A DNA stretch of 64,000 bases from positions 3,456,001-3,520,000 of the forward strand of contig OZ254086.1 of assembly GCA_965267575.1 (NCBI GenBank), written 5' to 3'. Positions 58,957-64,000 of the stretch are shown here, piece by piece (the first letter of the stretch is position 1; each line of letters starts with the position of its first letter). A program made the position numbers and the translations under genes. The notes under the pieces are model-generated. The model was not told where the DNA came from and ran no database searches. It was given only the letters and a program-made list of their open reading frames with translations. Source of the DNA: Calditrichales bacterium. Lineage in GTDB: Bacteria; Calditrichota; Calditrichia; Calditrichales; J004.

Positions 58957-59779
58957 TGGTAGCCACCACAACAATTTGATCGGCAATTCGGGCAAGAAGC
59001 GTTGAATCCATGGTCATCCTCTCCAGTTTACGATGCATGTTCAGAATGGCGCCGCCGGGATGATAGCCCGTTTGGAATGGCGGTGTAAAAGCCAGCAGCG
59101 GACACAATCTCACATTTTTGAAGTGCGGCTTAAACAGGCCGGAAAGACCGGCGGCAGAGCGCAAATGCATCTTCATCTTTTCCTGTTTTATGTCAACGGT
59201 CAGCTCTCGCCTCCAACGCTTGAATGCTTGTTTTAGCCGTATACGCGATAAATAGTAAAGCGTATCCGCCAGGCAGAAACGGTTGAAGTGCGCACTGATT
59301 AGGCTCCCGCCGGGATTGAGGCTGTCACGTAATATGGCCAGCACTTTTCCAAGCTGACTGTTATTGATATAAGCAAAACCACCCGTCATGGAAAAAATGA
59401 GATCAAATTTTTGACCGCCAAAAGCATCGATTTCCATTTCTTCCAGCCTGCCTTTGAGCAGCGTAATCCTGCCGGATTCCATCTCTGGCTGATAGGCTTC
59501 CACGGCCTTATTCAACATGCCTGGTGACATGTCCACTCCGGTTACCCGCGTATCCCGTTCCAAAAAATAAGGAAAATCGTTACCCGTACCGCAACCAAGA
59601 TCCAAAACTGTCTTGCAGGTATCCCATTCAATATTTTTGTCCAGAATTTCATAGATTAGATTTTTCGTCAGCCGGTAAACGCGGTTTTCGGCGGGCAGCT
59701 TTTCATAGTCCAGCGCGAAACGGTCCCAGCCGCCGGCGTAATCTGTTGGGATGCTTTTGGTAAACTTTTTGTACTGCAT
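58949..59779 (-). CDS. Class I SAM-dependent methyltransferase
   Basis: VLDLGCGTG, GVDMSPGM, FDLIFS, LNPGG. Start probably ATG 59779. Confidence 0.88.
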   Translation of the reverse strand: MQYKKFTKSIPTDYAGGWDRFALDYEKLPAENRVYRLTKNLIYEILDKNIEWDTCKTVLDLGCGTGNDFPYFLERDTRVTGVDMSPGMLNKAVEAYQPEMESGRITLLKGRLEEMEIDAFGGQKFDLIFSMTGGFAYINNSQLGKVLAILRDSLNPGGSLISAHFNRFCLADTLYYLSRIRLKQAFKRWRRELTVDIKQEKMKMHLRSAAGLSGLFKPHFKNVRLCPLLAFTPPFQTGYHPGGAILNMHRKLERMTMDSTLLARIADQIVVVATNE

Positions 59780-59816
59780 GTGAGCCGGTTCTTTGCAAAG
59801 GTCAGGGCGATTGATC

Positions 59817-61541
59817 ATGAATTACATAAGATATATAAAAAAGGCATATCAAATCCTGCCTGAAAAATACAGGGATAAAACAGGCCGTTTTCTTGCCTTG
59901 TCTTTTTTTAGCCTGCTTTTAGAGCTTTTTTCGCTGGCCATTGTTGTTCCGTTGATTATCCTGGTTGTGGACAGGGAAGCGTTTGCCGGGTCCGGTTTTT
60001 TTAGCGGCTTTTTGAAGACTACTATATACCAGGAGCCACTTTACCTTGCTGCCTTTGTGTTGCTTGTGGTTGTTATTTTCATTGCGAAAAACGGACTGGT
60101 TGTGCGGATTATCCGCTATCAAACAAAGACGTGTTTTAGAATCGCCACGAATATTTCGGTGATGTTTACACGCCATTACCTGCTGCATGATTTTGCTTCC
60201 TTTTCAAAACAGGCCAAATCGGAATCAATTCGCAACAGCATTGAGGTGCCCAACGAATTTGTGGTCTACGTGCTTCTGGCCATAAATACGATCCTGTCCG
60301 AAACGTTGCTACTGCTGTTGATTTTTTTGGCCGGCTTGGTCATCAACCCCATTGCGACGTTGTTGCTGGTGGTGCTGTTTGCGCTGGCCATCGTGGTCGC
60401 GCATAACCTTGGCAAAAAGAAAATCCGTCGCATTAACGATCGTCTGGGTGTTGATTACGCCGGTAATGTCGCCAACCTGATGAACCTGCTAAACGGCTTT
60501 TTTGAGATTCGCTCATACGGCAGGGAAGAATGGTTCCTGGGTCGTTTTAGACAATCCAACAATGCTGTTAACCGCAGCTACGCGACGCTTTACGCCGAGA
60601 ACCTGGTGACGCCCAAATATATTGAAGTTGTCATTGTCGCGATTATCGGGTTTATCGTCTTGCTTTATTCTGCTATGCCGCCGGGCGCGCAGGGCGATCT
60701 GCTCTATATCTCTTTTCTCGCCGCTGCCGCCATGAAGGTTATCCCCTCGGCCAATAAAATAATTACCGGCGTTAAGAATTTTAATTCGCATCTGTTTACA
60801 GTCGATGCTATCGACGCGCAACTGGCCGAAAAGGCTGCTGAAGAGGCGGGTAACAATAAAGACCTTGTTTTTGACGATTGCCTTAGCTTGAAACAGGTCG
60901 CCTTTTCCTATGATGAAAAGCCCTTGCTGCAGGGTGTGAACCTAAGGCTGAGTCCGGGTGAAGTGATCGCCGTTTATGGCAAAAGCGGCGCCGGAAAGAG
61001 CACGTTGTTGCACATCATCGCGCAATTAATTGAACGCTATGACGGCCAAATAAGCCTGGACAATACTCCCGTTAATCCCCCTGATAAAACAAGCTTTCTC
61101 AAGATGCTGGCCTATGTGCCGCAGGAGCCCTTTATCATGGAAGGGACTATACGTGAAAATATTCTGCTGGGCCGCGGCAACGACGATATTCAGCGTCTTA
61201 AAAGTCTTTTTAGCGACCTTGAATTGGAACCGGTTTTAAGCCGTCTGCCGCAGGGCCTGGACACGTTTATAGGCAACAACGGCTACCGCCTCTCCGGCGG
61301 CCAGAAGCAGCGTATCGCTCTGCTGCGCGCGTTGTCGCACCGGCCGCGCATTTTGCTGCTGGATGAAGCGACAAACCAGCTTGAACAAAACCTGGAAAAG
61401 CGGATACTTCAGCACATTAAGAAAACGGCCGTAGAGCAGCGGATGGCTGTCGTCCTTGTTTCGCATCATATTGAAAACGCCGGCGACATAAGCGATCGCG
61501 TTTATGAACTTACGGATGGCGTGCTTGTGGAACGGTTGTAG
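59817..61541 (+). CDS. ABC exporter (fused TMD and NBD), PglK/MsbA-like putative glycan flippase
   Basis: TM domain, GKSGAGKS, LSGGQKQRI, LLLDEAT, VSH. Surrounded by glycosyltransferases. Start probably ATG 59817. Confidence 0.85.
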   Translation: MNYIRYIKKAYQILPEKYRDKTGRFLALSFFSLLLELFSLAIVVPLIILVVDREAFAGSGFFSGFLKTTIYQEPLYLAAFVLLVVVIFIAKNGLVVRIIRYQTKTCFRIATNISVMFTRHYLLHDFASFSKQAKSESIRNSIEVPNEFVVYVLLAINTILSETLLLLLIFLAGLVINPIATLLLVVLFALAIVVAHNLGKKKIRRINDRLGVDYAGNVANLMNLLNGFFEIRSYGREEWFLGRFRQSNNAVNRSYATLYAENLVTPKYIEVVIVAIIGFIVLLYSAMPPGAQGDLLYISFLAAAAMKVIPSANKIITGVKNFNSHLFTVDAIDAQLAEKAAEEAGNNKDLVFDDCLSLKQVAFSYDEKPLLQGVNLRLSPGEVIAVYGKSGAGKSTLLHIIAQLIERYDGQISLDNTPVNPPDKTSFLKMLAYVPQEPFIMEGTIRENILLGRGNDDIQRLKSLFSDLELEPVLSRLPQGLDTFIGNNGYRLSGGQKQRIALLRALSHRPRILLLDEATNQLEQNLEKRILQHIKKTAVEQRMAVVLVSHHIENAGDISDRVYELTDGVLVERL

Positions 61542-61625
61542 GTTGATGGGAGGTTTATTTAAGCCGGCCATTGCGGTGCGAATGGAGACTATCTAAATAT
61601 CTCTTAAACACAGATCAAAGCTAAA

Positions 61626-61735
61626 TGTCATTCCCGGCTCCGACCGGGAATCCAGAAGAGCCTGATTTGTCCGCGATGGCGCTACTTCAGGCCAGATAAT
61701 AACTTTGTTGGATTCCTGCCTGCGCAGGAATGACA
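61626..61735. repeat. Inverted pair of REP-like palindromes (REPIN-like unit)
   Basis: TGTCATTCCCGGCTCCGACCGGGAATCCA (61626-61654) and, inverted, TGTCATTCCTGCGCAGGCAGGAATCCA (61709-61735). Each is an internal hairpin. Lies between convergent genes. Confidence 0.8.
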
Positions 61736-61749
61736 GGTTTACACACGCC

Positions 61750-62580
61750 TTATCCTTTCATCCCCAGCATTTCATCATACATGGTACTTTTATCGTTATG
61801 ATGCAGTTTTGCCATACCCCGTCCGAGCAGAATACCCTTGTTGATAGCTTCCGGAAACATGCGCACTATGCGTCTGCGGTATTTTTTGTAAATAAGGCTG
61901 TTCAGCCAGTTGAGCGGTGCGTAGAACGTTGGACGCGATTTGAAGTCGCCACGCAGCCGGTAAAACTCTTCCACTTCGTCATTCACCTTCACATTGGGCA
62001 TAAAGCGTTCTATCCAGGGATTTTCACTAAACAGCCTCTGCTTATAGCGGCCATTGAAAAGCGGCTTCATCATGTAAAGCTGCACAGCGTTGTGATATGA
62101 TTTTTGGGACATCGCGATATTATTTTCATCAATTAGATAGTTGAAGCAGAAGAACGGCCGTTTGCCAAGCGCTTTGCTCAACAGAACAATCATCACGTAA
62201 ACGATCCACAGCCTGTCGGGAGCACAAATTACGAACAGGTCAATGTCATCCTTTTCGTGGCAGGACTCGAAAGCATTGGAGCCGGTAAGCGAAATAAAAC
62301 GCACCCAGGGCAAATAAGAAAACAGCTTAAGCGGGCCCCGGCTTTCATCGTACATTTTGCGGCTGATTGTCCTGTTGCGTTCGTAGCCGTTTTCCCTGTC
62401 CTTGAAAACCAGGTTTTTTTCGCGGACAACAGCGCCAGAAAGTTCCAGCGTCTCCAGTTCGTCTTTTAACCGTTCATTCTTGATCTTTTGAGGAAACAGG
62501 GCGTGCAGGTCTTCTTCTGAAATGGCGCTGCCATAATTCTGTATCAGCGTGATCATTGAAAGGACGGGATTCTTTTGCAT
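61750..62580 (-). CDS. Putative Pol-beta-superfamily nucleotidyltransferase-domain protein
   Basis: 'PWVRFISLTGSNA......DDIDLFVI' matches the GS-x(n)-DxD signature. Also 'FCFNY'. Confidence 0.65.
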   Translation of the reverse strand: MQKNPVLSMITLIQNYGSAISEEDLHALFPQKIKNERLKDELETLELSGAVVREKNLVFKDRENGYERNRTISRKMYDESRGPLKLFSYLPWVRFISLTGSNAFESCHEKDDIDLFVICAPDRLWIVYVMIVLLSKALGKRPFFCFNYLIDENNIAMSQKSYHNAVQLYMMKPLFNGRYKQRLFSENPWIERFMPNVKVNDEVEEFYRLRGDFKSRPTFYAPLNWLNSLIYKKYRRRIVRMFPEAINKGILLGRGMAKLHHNDKSTMYDEMLGMKG

Positions 62581-63680
62581 TGTTTTTCCTTTATGGTTTC
62601 GATCAGGTTTGTAAAGTTGTAAGCGCAGTTAGCCCAGGTCAGGTCTTTTAAGGCGTGGGGGGTAATACTGCCTGCAAAGTCGTCTTGCATCGCGCTGAAG
62701 ATCCTTTCGGCCCACACGGCCGGCTTTGTCGAGTCGACTAGAGCGGCATGCTCCCCGAACAATTCGCGCACAGCGCCATTGGGATACAAAAAGACAGGGC
62801 AGCCCATCGATATGGCTTCAGCCGGAGTGAACCCAAAGCCTTCATACAAAGATGTATTGACAAAAAGAGCAGCCTTTTGGTATAAGTACTTTAATTGGCC
62901 TGTGCTCACATCCGTAAAAACAGTTATCGAATCCTTGAATGGCGTATGATTGCGCCGCCGCTGAATGCCGTCAGAATGGTTGTTGTTTTTGCCGGCGATG
63001 ATCAGGTCGAGGCGGATGTCGTATCGATTCTTCAACTCTTCAAAAATATCAATGATCAGCGGGATGTTTTTACGCTTCTCAAACGAGTTTACCGCCAGTA
63101 GATAGGGCCGGTCGGTTTGCCGTATCTCTTCCGGTTGCTCTGCACCGCCGGACAGATGGTCTGTACCGGGATAAATACACAGCGATTTTTGTTCGACCTG
63201 CGGGAAAAAACGCATCAGTTCATTGCGTGTGTTGTGCGACACGGTAACAATCGCATCGGAACGTTTTACAAAAACAGGCATCCGTTTGCGAAAATAGAAT
63301 CGTTTTACGATTGAATACCAGCCCGGATGCAGCATAAAGCCCATATCATGAAAAACGCTGATGATGCTGTACGCCGGGTGCGGCGGTGGTGTGATATAAT
63401 GTGTTGCCAGAAAAAGATCAACCTGATTTTTTAGCAATAGCTTTGGCAGCTGCTTTTCATAAAAATAAAGTTTATGCGCCCGGTTGTGCAGTTCTGTTGT
63501 TATGATTGCATCGCCGGGGCGTGCATAATTTTCAAAGTAGTGCGCATGTTTTGCTCTGCACAAAACCAATATGTTGAAACCGCGTTCCTGTTGAAGCAGG
63601 CTTCGCGTAAGATGAAGGATATAAAAGGCCGCGCCTGAAAAGCGATCTGGCAGGGCGATACAATCTAACATGACGGTCAT
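62553..63680 (-). CDS. Glycosyltransferase family 4 (mannosyltransferase-like)
   Basis: VFHD, IVTVSHNTR, EKRKN, SLYEGFGFTPAEA, LTW. Start probably ATG 63680. Confidence 0.88.
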   Translation of the reverse strand: MTVMLDCIALPDRFSGAAFYILHLTRSLLQQERGFNILVLCRAKHAHYFENYARPGDAIITTELHNRAHKLYFYEKQLPKLLLKNQVDLFLATHYITPPPHPAYSIISVFHDMGFMLHPGWYSIVKRFYFRKRMPVFVKRSDAIVTVSHNTRNELMRFFPQVEQKSLCIYPGTDHLSGGAEQPEEIRQTDRPYLLAVNSFEKRKNIPLIIDIFEELKNRYDIRLDLIIAGKNNNHSDGIQRRRNHTPFKDSITVFTDVSTGQLKYLYQKAALFVNTSLYEGFGFTPAEAISMGCPVFLYPNGAVRELFGEHAALVDSTKPAVWAERIFSAMQDDFAGSITPHALKDLTWANCAYNFTNLIETIKEKQCKRIPSFQ

Positions 63681-63817
63681 ACTATTCCTGACACTTGATT
63701 TAACAGTGTTGTTGCGGAAACTAACGAAAGTGAAAGGCAAAACATTGCAAAATCGACGCCAGCCTAAAGTATGGCAAATAAAAATTGAACAATGGCTGCG
63801 GTTTTTGTCGCGTATTT

Positions 63818-64000
63818 CTACGACATAATTTGTTCAGCCAGATATTGCGCGTCCTCGCCGATGCCCGCGAACAGCCCCGATTTTTGCTTGTGCAGCCAGG
63901 GCAGGCCGATAAAATAGAGGCCCGGGTAATCCGTTACACCGCGCTCCTGTTTGGGATAGCCAAATTCATCCGTGACCGGCAACTTTACCATGCTGAAGTC
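63818..64000 (-). CDS. Flavin-containing monooxygenase-like oxidoreductase, C-terminal fragment (5' end outside the window)
   Basis: My translation (not in the ORF track): DFSMVKLPVTDEFGYPKQERGVTDYPGLYFIGLPWLHKQKSGLFAGIGEDAQYLAEQIMS*. Confidence 0.75.
   Translation of the reverse strand, partial: DFSMVKLPVTDEFGYPKQERGVTDYPGLYFIGLPWLHKQKSGLFAGIGEDAQYLAEQIMS

Noticed and set aside
61584..61600. GAGACTATCTAAA looked like an IS or MITE terminal repeat
   Set aside because: No convincing matching inverted end or target duplication was found beyond the REP pair.
61705..62100. 131-aa ORF beginning MLDSCLRRND
   Set aside because: Its start is a translation of the REP-like repeat, and the rest is antisense to the 61750-62580 gene.
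63730..63790. Possible sigma54 -24/-12 promoters (GGCAAAACATTGC, TGGCAAAT...)
   Set aside because: The GG-to-GC spacing is not the required 10 nt, and they point away from the GT4 gene.

Overview
A gene-dense chromosomal window from a diderm bacterium with Bacteroidota/Ignavibacteria-like gene content: a PorU sortase and a T9SS-type C-terminal domain protease, the sigma54-activator/lptE synteny and bshB1. Calditrichota is my best guess, by inference only. In order: (1) the end of a surface-polysaccharide locus, with two very AT-rich GT4 genes, wzi, a WecA::WcaJ-like fusion and a GT2::WcaJ-like fusion; (2) housekeeping genes serS, plsC, upp, adk, rlmN, eno, ftsB, xerD, coaE and glgA; (3) an RsbU-RsbV-RsbW-RsbU partner-switching operon with no sigma factor, followed by a REC-GGDEF diguanylate cyclase; (4) porU and a large S8 protease; (5) tmRNA and tRNA-Gly/Cys/Leu; (6) a structured intergenic element, then a peptidase-TolB-Omp85 gene and redox genes; (7) a glycan-modification cluster with alternating gene orientation and a REP-like inverted pair. 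The best candidate for an undescribed system is the pair of adjacent fusion genes. In both, the monotopic phosphoglycosyl-transferase domain has lost the catalytic Asp-Glu dyad while the fused partner enzyme looks intact, which suggests a pseudoenzyme scaffold for glycan initiation. I found no CRISPR array, prophage or transposase. All product calls come from recognising motifs by eye; no database searches were run.
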